From a virus (taxonomy: Duplodnaviria > Heunggongvirae > Uroviricota > Caudoviricetes), in the IMG/VR virus record IMGVR_UViG_3300013383_000021, positions 1 to 27,766 of that record: a stretch of DNA of 27,766 nucleotides. The stretch is one strand, 5' to 3'. How positions within the stretch are numbered: the stretch's first letter is position 1; each line of letters opens with the position of its first letter. Positions 16,102 to 25,553 of this stretch are shown one piece after another. The notes below the pieces were generated by a model. The model searched no databases, was not told where the DNA came from, and saw nothing but the letters and a program-made list of their open reading frames with translations. Position numbers and translations under genes: made by a program.

Positions 16102-17034
16102 TTACAGATTAAATGCTTCTTTGTAAAACTCGTACATCTTTAGTATGTCAAAGTAATTCTTTTTGTGGCGAAACACGCCCTCAATTACAGGCTGATTTGC
16201 GCGGTCAAAAATATTCACGCCAGACTGCTCAATCTTATGCAGTTCGTAATACCGCCCAGACCTCCAAACATTTTGATATGTGTGGCGGTGTGGGTAGCCT
16301 AGCGCCTGGTATTTTTTGGCCATCCTGCTGCATTGATTATTGACCGCTGCTAAAGAATACCCTTTCCCAGACTCACCCGATCCGACCAAAACCATTCGTT
16401 TTAAGAATAAATCCACAGACATGTCTTTTATTGCTTGAGCTGTTCCGACACCTCTCGGCCTGACAGAATACCTACATTCACAGTATCTTTTTAACGTGTC
16501 GCAAATGTTATCGGAAAACCCACTTGTGATAATCGAACCATCCTGCCCATAAACAATTCTATCATCTAAATCTACGTCATTATCCTTCAGGGCAACGATT
16601 TCCGAATTGTTTAGTCCAACCCAGTTCAGGCAAAAGACGGGGTATTCTATATAACCAGCGTCGATAGGAATTACTTTTTTGATAGACTCCACTAACTCAA
16701 CATCATCTCTGAACAAAGATTGCCCCAGCGGCTCTATCAAACGAATATCCTCCGGGGATATTTCAAAAATCCCATCTGACACGTCGGGGAAGATATTATT
16801 TTCCTTACACCATTTCGAGTACAGTCTTAATGTGCTAATGGTGCTTTTTACAGTTCCAAACTCTGTTAACCCTATCTTACCGATAGTATAAACACACTCA
16901 TTTTTGCCCATTTCTGCAATATCTTTTCCTGCTTCCACCTCGTAAGGTTCTGTCCTTGCAAAAGCCCAGGCAATCGACTTCTGTGTAGACTTCACCTCTC
17001 TGCAAAATTCCATCTTGACATCCTCGTTATACAA
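16102..17034 (-). CDS. Degenerate tyrosine-recombinase-fold protein, MrpR/YopR-like (SPbeta lysogeny repressor family)
   Basis: TTG start giving MYNEDVKMEF; EAGKDIAEM; integrase-like GLNNSEIVALK lacking the catalytic Arg; VWRSG in place of HxLR. Confidence 0.65.
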   Translation of the reverse strand: MYNEDVKMEFCREVKSTQKSIAWAFARTEPYEVEAGKDIAEMGKNECVYTIGKIGLTEFGTVKSTISTLRLYSKWCKENNIFPDVSDGIFEISPEDIRLIEPLGQSLFRDDVELVESIKKVIPIDAGYIEYPVFCLNWVGLNNSEIVALKDNDVDLDDRIVYGQDGSIITSGFSDNICDTLKRYCECRYSVRPRGVGTAQAIKDMSVDLFLKRMVLVGSGESGKGYSLAAVNNQCSRMAKKYQALGYPHRHTYQNVWRSGRYYELHKIEQSGVNIFDRANQPVIEGVFRHKKNYFDILKMYEFYKEAFNL

Positions 17035-17187
17035 TATACCACCACCCTTTAGGCAATGATACCATGTATAATCAAAATTCGTCAAGCGGAAGTTGTTACA
17101 ACAAAAGCGCCGTTGCGCACCACCTCCATTTGTGATATGATTAGTGTACCCTTCCAGGGAGGGCCGAAGCCCTCCCCTTTAGGGCGG

Positions 17188-17298
17188 TCAGGCCGCTCCT
17201 GCTTCCATGGCTTCGTCGATGGTGGCATACTCTACCCCATCGGAACCCATGTAGCCGTAATCGGTGTAGTCACCGGTTACATATGTATGGTTGCTCAT
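17188..17298 (-). CDS. Small acidic peptide (36 aa)
   Basis: MSNHTYVTGDYTDYGYMGSDGVEYATIDEAMEAGAA with an upstream purine-rich SD. Confidence 0.55.
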   Translation of the reverse strand: MSNHTYVTGDYTDYGYMGSDGVEYATIDEAMEAGAA

Positions 17299-17464
17299 AC
17301 AGCGTCCTACCTTTCCGCTATCCTGGCAGTAGCTTGCTAGGATAGCTTTTTTGCAGGCATAGACAGAATCCATCTATGTTATTCCTGCGACCTCGCAGGC
17401 CAGGACAATCCCAGCCTACGAACGCTCCCGGCCTAACGCCTGTTTATAGTCGCCGGGACGACTT

Positions 17465-17791
17465 TTAATTTGAACCGAACGGGTCGATTCCGTATTCCAT
17501 AAGGTGACTATATTTATCTACTTTGTCCATATTGTCGAACTCTTTCGCTTCATCCAGCACCTGGACAAATAACTCCATGCGAGTTTCAAAACTATGAATC
17601 TCGTCCCCTTCCATAGCCCTAATACGGCCTAACAGGTTCACGAGATGGTTCCACTCCTTCCACATATAGACGTCAATGAGGCCATATGTGTGCATAGCCT
17701 CAACCATATTGAAAAAGCCTTCTGCTTGTCTGTTGCTAACGTAACTTGCCAACATATCAGACATAGTGACCTTGTTTTTGTTCATTTCCAT
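17465..17791 (-). CDS. Hypothetical protein
   Basis: Start at MEMNK after AAAGGGG. Confidence 0.75.
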   Translation of the reverse strand: MEMNKNKVTMSDMLASYVSNRQAEGFFNMVEAMHTYGLIDVYMWKEWNHLVNLLGRIRAMEGDEIHSFETRMELFVQVLDEAKEFDNMDKVDKYSHLMEYGIDPFGSN

Positions 17792-17916
17792 AGTGATTCC
17801 CCTTTCTGAATGCTGTTTAGCACTCATCGCGTCCTTCTAGCAGGTAGAGGGATACCATCAATGCTAACTCCACTCCGGCTATAGCCCCGCCATTGGCGGG
17901 GCTATAGCCTTTACCA

Positions 17917-18687
17917 TTACTTTTCCTTCTTAGAGCGGATTTCGTTATTTGCCCCGTTCTTTCTAGTACGGTAGCACCGGAAGACAAGGTTAACGAGTCC
18001 CTTGTCATTTTTTTGGGCATAGTGCCCGTTTTCTCCCGCCTTATCAACGGCAGGCAGGGAGGCGGTACGGAAGAACACGACGTCCTTCCAGATCATCTTG
18101 ACGCCGCCATCAGGGTCCACCCAACGCTGAACCAGTTCGGTGAACTGCTCCTGAAGCGCGTCACGACCCGTCTTAGTCCATCCCAGTTCGTCCCTTTTCA
18201 GGGAGTCCTCGGGAGACAAGGAGAACGTTTTGTCTCCATTATCCCGCGCCCACTTGAGCGCGGTATTGTACAGGAATACGCGGCACGCCGCCTTAAACCC
18301 GTCCGCGCTCTGCCCCTGGCACTGGGATACCACGTCCCAGAAGTAAATACGGGTATCCGTGCCCGTCTTGACCTCATAGGTGCCGTTAGTATCCGTCACA
18401 GAGACGGACGGCGCACATTCGTTTTCTGCAAAGTGTGCAAGGGCTTCGGGGTATGTCATCTGGGTATACCCCCAGATAGCGCGATACCTGGAGCAGTCAT
18501 TATAGCGCTGGACAGCCGACGCCACGTTCGCCTCCGCCTGGACAATTTCGCCAGGCATGACTTCCACACCCTTGTTCAGGGCATTACGTGCCGCCACAGC
18601 GTCACGAACGGCCTGAAGCAGTTCAGTTTCAGTGACACCCTTATTTTCCCGCAGTACCTTCTCCATCTTGCTTTCATTCTTTGCCAT
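17917..18687 (-). CDS. Hypothetical protein
   Basis: Start at MAKNESK after AGGAGG. Confidence 0.8.
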   Translation of the reverse strand: MAKNESKMEKVLRENKGVTETELLQAVRDAVAARNALNKGVEVMPGEIVQAEANVASAVQRYNDCSRYRAIWGYTQMTYPEALAHFAENECAPSVSVTDTNGTYEVKTGTDTRIYFWDVVSQCQGQSADGFKAACRVFLYNTALKWARDNGDKTFSLSPEDSLKRDELGWTKTGRDALQEQFTELVQRWVDPDGGVKMIWKDVVFFRTASLPAVDKAGENGHYAQKNDKGLVNLVFRCYRTRKNGANNEIRSKKEK

Positions 18688-18753
18688 GATATTTTTCCTC
18701 CTGTTATGTAAAATGTGTTTCAAAAACAAATCAGAGCGGCGGGAAAGTTCGGT

Positions 18754-19272
18754 TTAGCGCGGGTATAGTCTTTCATCATGGACATACAGCCAGAGTTCGT
18801 AGCCGTCTAACTCCCAGGTTTCTACCGCGTACGTGTACGGGTTAACACTGATATACGGCGCGATATACTCCGGGCTACCGTTCTTGATGTCTCCTAGTTT
18901 CCCGTCCATGTAGATTTCGCCTGTTTTCACTTCCATGACAAGGACATTCATTTCGTCGTCATGGCGATTTGCTACACAAAACTGTCCTACAGTCATGACA
19001 GGTTCGCTAGGAGTAATCTCTTTTTCAGGTTCAACAACCTTAAATTCTGCTACTTCGGCGGGGTCATCGAACCATACATTGATGGTTTTACCGTCGGGAA
19101 GGTTGACTTCAAGTCTAACGTTCAGGTCGCACACATATGCATTGACGCCCCTAACGGTACTACGATAAATAGGATACCCGGCACGTTCGACACTATCAGC
19201 GTCCATTTCATAGTCAGTAGGCATAAGTTCATCAACGATCGCCCAGGCTTTTTCTCTGGTTCTTGCTTTCAT
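18754..19272 (-). CDS. Hypothetical protein
   Basis: 172 aa, SD AAGGGG. Confidence 0.8.
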   Translation of the reverse strand: MKARTREKAWAIVDELMPTDYEMDADSVERAGYPIYRSTVRGVNAYVCDLNVRLEVNLPDGKTINVWFDDPAEVAEFKVVEPEKEITPSEPVMTVGQFCVANRHDDEMNVLVMEVKTGEIYMDGKLGDIKNGSPEYIAPYISVNPYTYAVETWELDGYELWLYVHDERLYPR

Positions 19273-19329
19273 TTTTCAGTTCCCCTTTTTTTTGGCGTTT
19301 CCGCCGCTCTGATTTGTTTTTGAATTATG

Positions 19330-20065
19330 AATTATCATTATTGTAGAAAAATAAACGCGCCCCATTGCCTGGAACGTTGCCCATAGGGGTGTGCCATAAC
19401 AATGGGGCGCGTGAAATTTCCATTGATACATTTTTCCGTTTCAACCTTCAAGTCAACCTAGCAATGGCATTTCACGCAACGAGCCGCGCAACCTTGAAGA
19501 ATTTTTGGGGACATTTTTCCACTCCGAACGATGATAGAGTCGCTACTTCCAGCACGTTCATCATTGTTTAGCATGACACGGCACTTCCCGGAACGCCCCG
19601 TCCCCTGGTTCCCGGCACTATCACACAAAAATAGTGCTCCCGTCGGACGTTTGACAAGTCACGACCGAAAGATAGTTACTACCCTATCCCTTGCTATCAA
19701 ATCGAGCTTGCCAGGCCAGTCAATCGCTACAGGATGTAAAAACTGTGCGATACCACGTGTTCCCACGTGGGGTATGTACCCTAGACACGACCACCCCTAT
19801 TTGCTACAGCATATACGCTTTTTTGACTTTGGGGGGTGGTACTCACTCTAACGATAGAGTATCACCATAGCCTTTGTACAAATCACCTAACGGCATTTTG
19901 TACCAGCAGTCAATCAACGTAGCGTGTAGACTGTCATTGTAACGCTGTTTCACGGTAACACCCTGGTTTGTGTCCAGGGGGCGTTTCCGTCTGTCCAGCT
20001 ACTTCCACGGAGTTTCGGTTATGAGTTATCATAATGCCCCAAAACTTTTCGCTCTTTCGAGCTGT
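19330..20065 (-). ncRNA. Candidate large structured ncRNA (about 740 nt)
   Basis: No minus-strand ORF of 60 aa or more; directly downstream of a promoter; many hairpins (GCTC-GAAA-GAGC, CCACGTG/CACGTGG, GCACTA/TAGTGC, GCGCCCCATTG/CAATGGGGCGC). Confidence 0.4.
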
Positions 20066-20069
20066 CCCC

Positions 20070-20099
20070 ATTCTACCACATCCGGTCGGCTTTTGTCAA
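20070..20099 (-). promoter_or_regulatory. sigmaA promoter
   Basis: TTGACA-18 nt-TAGAAT with TG. Confidence 0.75.
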
Positions 20100-20284
20100 G
20101 CACAACTTTTGTGATTCGCGGGATTTTTTGCCGGGCATTCGCTCCAGTAGGGCAAGGCCGCCTAGCTGGCCTGGTCTACAACACATACAATCAATGTAGG
20201 CATACCACGCCCACCATAGCACGCTGTCGCTGTTCGCCGTTCGGCCTTTGGTGGGCGTTGTGTCGCCCCCTTGACTGTACCTGT

Positions 20285-20313
20285 AGTATACCACCGGCGC
20301 ACACTCCTGTCAA
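20285..20313 (-). promoter_or_regulatory. sigmaA promoter
   Basis: TTGACA-17 nt-TATACT with TG. Confidence 0.8.
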
Positions 20314-20760
20314 CCCCTTTTGTCAATTTTCTTTTGCACATTTTTATGTGGAAAAGTGTGTGGTTGATATATTGGACAGGTGTACGATTTATTGGACATG
20401 GTAGTAAATAGTTAGCAGGCTAACTATTTTGCTCTGGAAGCGCTGCTGTGGGACGCAGACCCAATTATCTAACAACGTTAATTACTAACGTCCCATTTCC
20501 CGCCTATGGGGTGTAGAGGGGTGATTATCATATTTTGAGGCTCTTTTTTTAATATAATATGGAATTAGTTACTCCACCATTTCACAACTTTTTTCTCCCA
20601 AACTTCCGCCCCTCCCCACACAACACATTGATTATCAGAACTTTTTTATTCGCTTTATTCCACTAAAGTTTCCCCTTCATTTCTCCCGCCTCAGATTTTG
20701 GGGCGTAAACAGTAGCTCATAATTTTTGGAAAATTTCTTGGAATCCGTCGTCCAAAAATC

Positions 20761-20789
20761 TTGACATTTGAAAGCATTTTCGCTATAAT
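20761..20789 (+). promoter_or_regulatory. sigmaA promoter of the recombinase
   Basis: TTGACA-17 nt-TATAAT, a perfect consensus. Confidence 0.85.
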
Positions 20790-20839
20790 GGTAACATAAT
20801 CAGTAGAAAACATTTCAATTTTAAAAGGAGGTTTTGCCA

Positions 20840-21727
20840 ATGAGCAACCTGATTTCTTTCCCTAACAACTCTATTAACGGCGTCAACGGAACTATTAACT
20901 TCGGCAACAATTTTGTCAACCCTACGTCTATCGACGTCAACTCTGTCCGCCGCTCACGGACGTTGAAGCAATCCGCTGCCAGCCGGATCACCGCTCAGAG
21001 TGACCAGCCGGTAGAGGTCATCACCGCACCTGACCGAGCGGCTGACCCCATCAAGAATGTTGAAGACATCCGTAGAGCGTGCTCCTATCTACTGGACAAC
21101 CACCGTTACAGAGATCACATGCTGCTGGTTATGGGCATCAACTTCGGCCTGCGAATCAGTGACCTGCAGCGTCTCCGGTTCACTCATATCCTGAACGAGG
21201 ACTTCTCCTTTAAGGAATCCTTTGAGATCCTGGAGAAGAAAACTGCCTCCACCCGTAAAAGAAAAAAGAACCGCTACGTTGTTATCAACGACGCGGTCAT
21301 GGACGCTGTGGAACTCTACCTGGAGCACGCACCCTACCCCGTTAGCCTATCCGACTTAGTGTTCCGCTCCGAGAGCAACAACCGTGGTGCTTACGAGCCT
21401 GGCCCTCTCAACAGAAGATCCGTCAATCGTATCCTAGAAGATATCGCCGACCACTGCGGCTTTGACTTCCGGTTCTCCTCTCACTCTCTCCGCAAGACGT
21501 TCGGCTACCATCAGATGATGATGTCCGGTAACGATCCTCGCAAGCTGGTACTCCTCCAGAAGATGTTCGGCCACTCCTCCATGAACGAGACTCTTTGCTA
21601 CATCGGCCTCACCAAGGAAGAAATGACCGAAGCTTACACCAACCTGAACCTGGGCGGCAACGGCTACGACTACCAGCTCGCTGCTCTGTATGAAGCACCT
21701 GCCGACTCAACCCCCGCTGCCATTTGA
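20840..21727 (+). CDS. Tyrosine recombinase/integrase
   Basis: GLRISD, HSLRKTF, FGHSS and TLCYIG give an intact R-H-R-H-Y set; SD AGGAGG. Confidence 0.93.
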   Translation: MSNLISFPNNSINGVNGTINFGNNFVNPTSIDVNSVRRSRTLKQSAASRITAQSDQPVEVITAPDRAADPIKNVEDIRRACSYLLDNHRYRDHMLLVMGINFGLRISDLQRLRFTHILNEDFSFKESFEILEKKTASTRKRKKNRYVVINDAVMDAVELYLEHAPYPVSLSDLVFRSESNNRGAYEPGPLNRRSVNRILEDIADHCGFDFRFSSHSLRKTFGYHQMMMSGNDPRKLVLLQKMFGHSSMNETLCYIGLTKEEMTEAYTNLNLGGNGYDYQLAALYEAPADSTPAAI

Positions 21728-21740
21728 CTTCTGAGGTCTA

Positions 21741-22756
21741 TTTCCTCCACGTAGACTTACAAAACTCAGAAAGATAATCTGTTGGGTATGTAGGTATATA
21801 CCCCTGACCGTTCCGTTCTACTTTCTCCACGTAGTGTGGGAGAAAACATGATAGGTAAGTTCAACCGTCTAATCTCCCTCTTACGGAAGGCCGCTGCAGC
21901 GGCATCTTGTAGGTCGCTCCGCTCCCGAAATCGCTCCCGCTCTTTTCCGTAGAGAGAAAGAGGTGGTGTTCCATCCACCAGCACTGCCTGACCCTGAACG
22001 CCCTGCTCCTCACCCAATAGCTGTCCCGCGCTGTTTCTTTTTAAGAATTGAAAATACCGTAAGGTAGTCCGTGGCTATGCGGCTTCCCACCCTAGCCACT
22101 TCCGCAATCAGCAACCCTTCTCCTCCCATTTCCTTCTACGGGCTAAAAAAATGAATCCCTACGCGAAGCGTTACAAGTCCCGCCTCCTGTCGCAAAAACA
22201 GCTCTCCCCTTCAACCATCCACGTCGGCTCCGTCCTGCCAACCCTCTTCGCTGACCTCCAACCTACCTCGCCCTCACGCTTTCTTTTGTAGAAAGCTCCA
22301 ACCTCTCCAACGAGAAGGTCATGGCCGGGAAGCCTGACCACCATTCCGTTACGCCGTCCCCGCCAATAGGAAAAGTTCTCCTACTCCATTTTTCTTGTAC
22401 GGGCTAAAAATAAAAAATCTCTGGGAGCGCAGCGCCTTATCCCCCCGCCGCTGCAGCGGCCATACACAGGATGGAGATATGACGGTCTGCTACCTTCCGA
22501 AACTTAGCTCACCTCCGACGAACAACACAGCGCTCCCCACATCCACCACGCCCTTACCCACTTTTCCTCTACGGATCACTTTTCCTTCTACCTGCTAACC
22601 TACGTTCTTTCGCCCCTACCATCTCCCGTCCATCCCGGCGTAGCCCTACCCACCACCAGCGTCATGGCTATCACTCGAACAAGCAAGACAGCTCACCTCA
22701 CTTTCTCTCCACGGACTACGCCGCAGGCGTGCTTTCCCTTTTTCCTTCTACGGACT
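21741..22756. repeat. Dispersed TTTYCYYCYACG(G/T) repeats in a non-coding region
   Basis: Copies near 21741, 21821, 21947 (reverse), 22129, 22389, 22561, 22579, 22701 and 22741. Confidence 0.65.
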
Positions 22757-22829
22757 GCCCGCCTCTCCCTAGGCCGGGGCGAAGAGAGTGGACGGCTGAT
22801 CTACTAGGTACGCCACGGACTACCTTACG
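22058..22829. repeat. Perfect 18-bp inverted repeats flanking a 736-bp segment
   Basis: CGTAAGGTAGTCCGTGGC (22058-22075) and GCCACGGACTACCTTACG (22812-22829). Confidence 0.85.
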
Positions 22830-23124
22830 AAAGATAGAGGTGTGACTACTTATCATGCCAGCAGAGAAAACTGTCAACTTATTTTAGGTGTATTAAGATA
22901 TAGAATCAAGAGGGGATTCTTCTTCCAAAATAGACAATTAACGTTGATATATCAACATAAATTCGATTTGTCAACCTGGAAACGACTGGCGGATTTTGAC
23001 CCCAAAAGTAGAACTGAGTGGCGGGAAATTGTTACATGGATGGCGGAAATATTGTTAAAAGCATAACAAAGTGTCAACCTAGTTGACAAAAATGTGTCAA
23101 CAGTTTTTCTGTTTTGTCAACTCT

Positions 23125-23185
23125 GAAACTCGCCAGACGAGTTTCGCTCAACCCCCTTGACGTTTGAAAGAAAAACTTGTATATT
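23125..23185 (+). promoter_or_regulatory. Operator-like palindrome plus sigmaA promoter
   Basis: GAAACTCG-CCAGA-CGAGTTTC, 11 nt, then TTGACG-17 nt-TATATT. Confidence 0.75.
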
Positions 23186-23415
23186 ATAATCAGGCGGCGA
23201 GGCCGCGAGATTTTTGAAGTTGAAAGGAGTGGTGTTCAATCAATATCACATGTGACCACACTACCTACCTGGAGGACGAACTCCCCAACCTGTACCCGAA
23301 CGAAATTTACGACACACACGAAAGTCAGTCCGCCCAGCTCTTCCCTTCCCCGTTAGCTCAGGACAACAGCCAGCTGCTCTTAGCAGGGGAACGTCGCCAG
23401 GCTGAGAAGCAGTTT

Positions 23416-24159
23416 GTGTTCATGAAGCTTCCGATGCGAGCCAATAGCTGTTTCTGCACCGGGGTAAACTTCCCCAACCTAGCTAGGCTGGCTATGCTCT
23501 CGACGTATATACGGCGCACACGGAAGCTAAGGCATCCATACGACATATGTGAGAATGACGGCCTGCTCGTGATTGGTAATGCCAGAGCACAACGCCCCAT
23601 GCGGAAGAAGGACATGAGGGAGGTGCTGCAGCTTAGTCAGCGGATGTTTAGTAAATTCTTTACGGACTTGGCGTCAAGCGGTCTGTTGCTGCAACAAGAG
23701 GACGGCACGTTCGCAATCAATAACAAATTCTTCTTTAGGGGTAAGATCATGACAACCCAGCCAGGGCAGTGGAGCCGCACATATGTACCGACAGCTAAGC
23801 TGCATACTGACAGATACCGGAGACTGTTCTCCTCCAATTTGAAGAATCTGAAAGAGATTGGCCTGATACTACGACTGGCACCATTTATAAACAGCTACCA
23901 CAACGTCCTGTGCCGCAACCCGTATGAGCAGGACGCGAGTGTGCTCAAGCGATTGCCTATGACAGACATTTGCCGTCTGGTCGGGATGGACGCATCCCAC
24001 GCCGCTAGGTACGGGAGACAGCTAGAAGGAAAGTTTGCTGACATCACGTATGAGTATAACGGGGCTACGTATCACCTTTGTACTACCAGGACGTATTCGA
24101 ACGGCCAGAAGCTTATCCATGTGAACTCAAGTGTGATCTCTTTCCTGCCTTATACATAA
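23416..24159 (+). CDS. Putative winged-HTH/RepL-like DNA-binding protein; true start probably further upstream
   Basis: MRKKDMREVLQLSQRMFSKFFTDL...G....GTFAINNKFFFRG pattern. The frame is open from 23224 and SD AAAGGAG lies at about 23223-23229. Confidence 0.5.
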   Translation: MFMKLPMRANSCFCTGVNFPNLARLAMLSTYIRRTRKLRHPYDICENDGLLVIGNARAQRPMRKKDMREVLQLSQRMFSKFFTDLASSGLLLQQEDGTFAINNKFFFRGKIMTTQPGQWSRTYVPTAKLHTDRYRRLFSSNLKNLKEIGLILRLAPFINSYHNVLCRNPYEQDASVLKRLPMTDICRLVGMDASHAARYGRQLEGKFADITYEYNGATYHLCTTRTYSNGQKLIHVNSSVISFLPYT

Positions 24160-24289
24160 AACGCCTAGCTAGCCAAGGGAAAACAGAGCAAACTAAAGGG
24201 GTATATGTCTATATACCCTACGGATTATCTCCCTCGTCTTCCTACAGCTACACAGGGGCTTTTACACCAAACTGACCATCTGATAGGAG

Positions 24290-24562
24290 GTGATAGACAT
24301 CAGCGCACACAACACCTGCACCAATTTATGTAAGTGCTGCGTGTGGTACGACGACTGCAACTCGTTTCAGGAAAATAAGAAAACCGACACTACCCCAGAA
24401 AAAAATAGTGTATACTTGTATTATGAGCTGGACAGCCAGTGCGAATTTTTTGACCCGACCGTCGATCCGGAAGACCTTGGCTTGGTCGAGCTAGACGGGC
24501 GGTGGGTCGAAGCGGCTGAAGCTCTGATAGTAAATGTCATGACAGAGATGACAGAGATTTGA
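24290..24562 (+). CDS. Hypothetical Cys-containing protein
   Basis: C..C.CC.W...C pattern; SD AGGAGG. Confidence 0.6.
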   Translation: MIDISAHNTCTNLCKCCVWYDDCNSFQENKKTDTTPEKNSVYLYYELDSQCEFFDPTVDPEDLGLVELDGRWVEAAEALIVNVMTEMTEI

Positions 24563-24578
24563 GATGGAGGAATGTAAA

Positions 24579-24899
24579 ATGGGTTTATTTGACAAGATGA
24601 AGAAGCGCAACGAAGAACAGTATGTACCCCACGTACACTACCCGGACGAATGGCCGTCCGACATGAAGATCGAGCCGGGCGTCACCCCGACCGTGGTGAT
24701 CTGTGAACCCGGCGCTAACCGCTATAGAATTATCGCTACGCAATATTGGAGTCAGCGCATGATTGGCGAACTGGCCACTACCTCTCCCCGTGTCCACGTC
24801 ATGCGGGAAGATGACACAGTGATTGAGGCCACCTTCCCTGGCGAGTGGTTCAAAATTGAATCCCCGCAGATGGAAGAACTGCGGAGTAAGAAGAAGTAA
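24579..24899 (+). CDS. Hypothetical protein
   Basis: MGLFDKMKK start after GGAGG. Confidence 0.75.
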   Translation: MGLFDKMKKRNEEQYVPHVHYPDEWPSDMKIEPGVTPTVVICEPGANRYRIIATQYWSQRMIGELATTSPRVHVMREDDTVIEATFPGEWFKIESPQMEELRSKKK

Positions 24900-24916
24900 A
24901 AGAAGGAGATTGAATA

Positions 24917-25447
24917 TTGGAAAATAAGATGGAATTTGAAAATGGTATGAAGTTGTTTGTCTTCTCTCACAAGGAGTTTGGCGATATGCGAGTCCTCACA
25001 ATCGATGGAGAACTCGATCCATGGATAGTGGCGGATGACGTTGTTGACTCGTTAGATTACGACAGTCCGTTCCAAGGGGTTGATGTTATCGTCAACTCTT
25101 TCGTGGATTCGGACGACAGATGTAGGGTCACTATAGAGGACGAAGAGGGCGAGTCTACCAGTAACAAGTTTACAGTTGTCAACGTGTCTGGCCTGTACAG
25201 TCTGATACTCCACAGTGTTTTCTCTGAGCGCAGACAAATGTTTAAACGGTGGGTAGCGGATGAGGTGCTGCCGGGAGCTAGACAAATGACCCTCCAGGAG
25301 TTCAGAAGTAGGATCGCTCCGACGGTGTTCTTAGAATCAATAGAGAACCGGCTTAAAGAGTTGGAGGGCACCATTGTTGGAATAAAGGATGACGTTACTA
25401 ACATCAGAGATAACTTTGTTTTTAAGCCTGTGAAGCTGTATAAATAA
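24917..25447 (+). CDS. BRO-N domain protein (phage antirepressor-like)
   Basis: FSHKEFGDMRVL, PWIVADDV, SGLYSLI and FKRWVADEVLP motifs. Confidence 0.88.
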   Translation: MENKMEFENGMKLFVFSHKEFGDMRVLTIDGELDPWIVADDVVDSLDYDSPFQGVDVIVNSFVDSDDRCRVTIEDEEGESTSNKFTVVNVSGLYSLILHSVFSERRQMFKRWVADEVLPGARQMTLQEFRSRIAPTVFLESIENRLKELEGTIVGIKDDVTNIRDNFVFKPVKLYK

Positions 25448-25553
25448 AGCTGGGCATCAGAGTGATAGACCCCTACCTGGCGGCGGTGCCACCAGGTAGG
25501 CAATAGACGACTCGAGGAGATGATCACTTTCATGATAAGAGAGGTGCTTTTGA

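Noticed and set aside
6370-18711. Long antisense ORFs (6370-7329, 8318-9184, 10687-11718, 14561-15079, 18013-18711)
   Set aside because: They mirror well-supported minus-strand genes and show no independent motifs.
21730-23200. CRISPR array or protein genes in the long intergenic region
   Set aside because: The repeats are short, degenerate and irregularly spaced. The short ORFs lack SD sites and coding-like composition.
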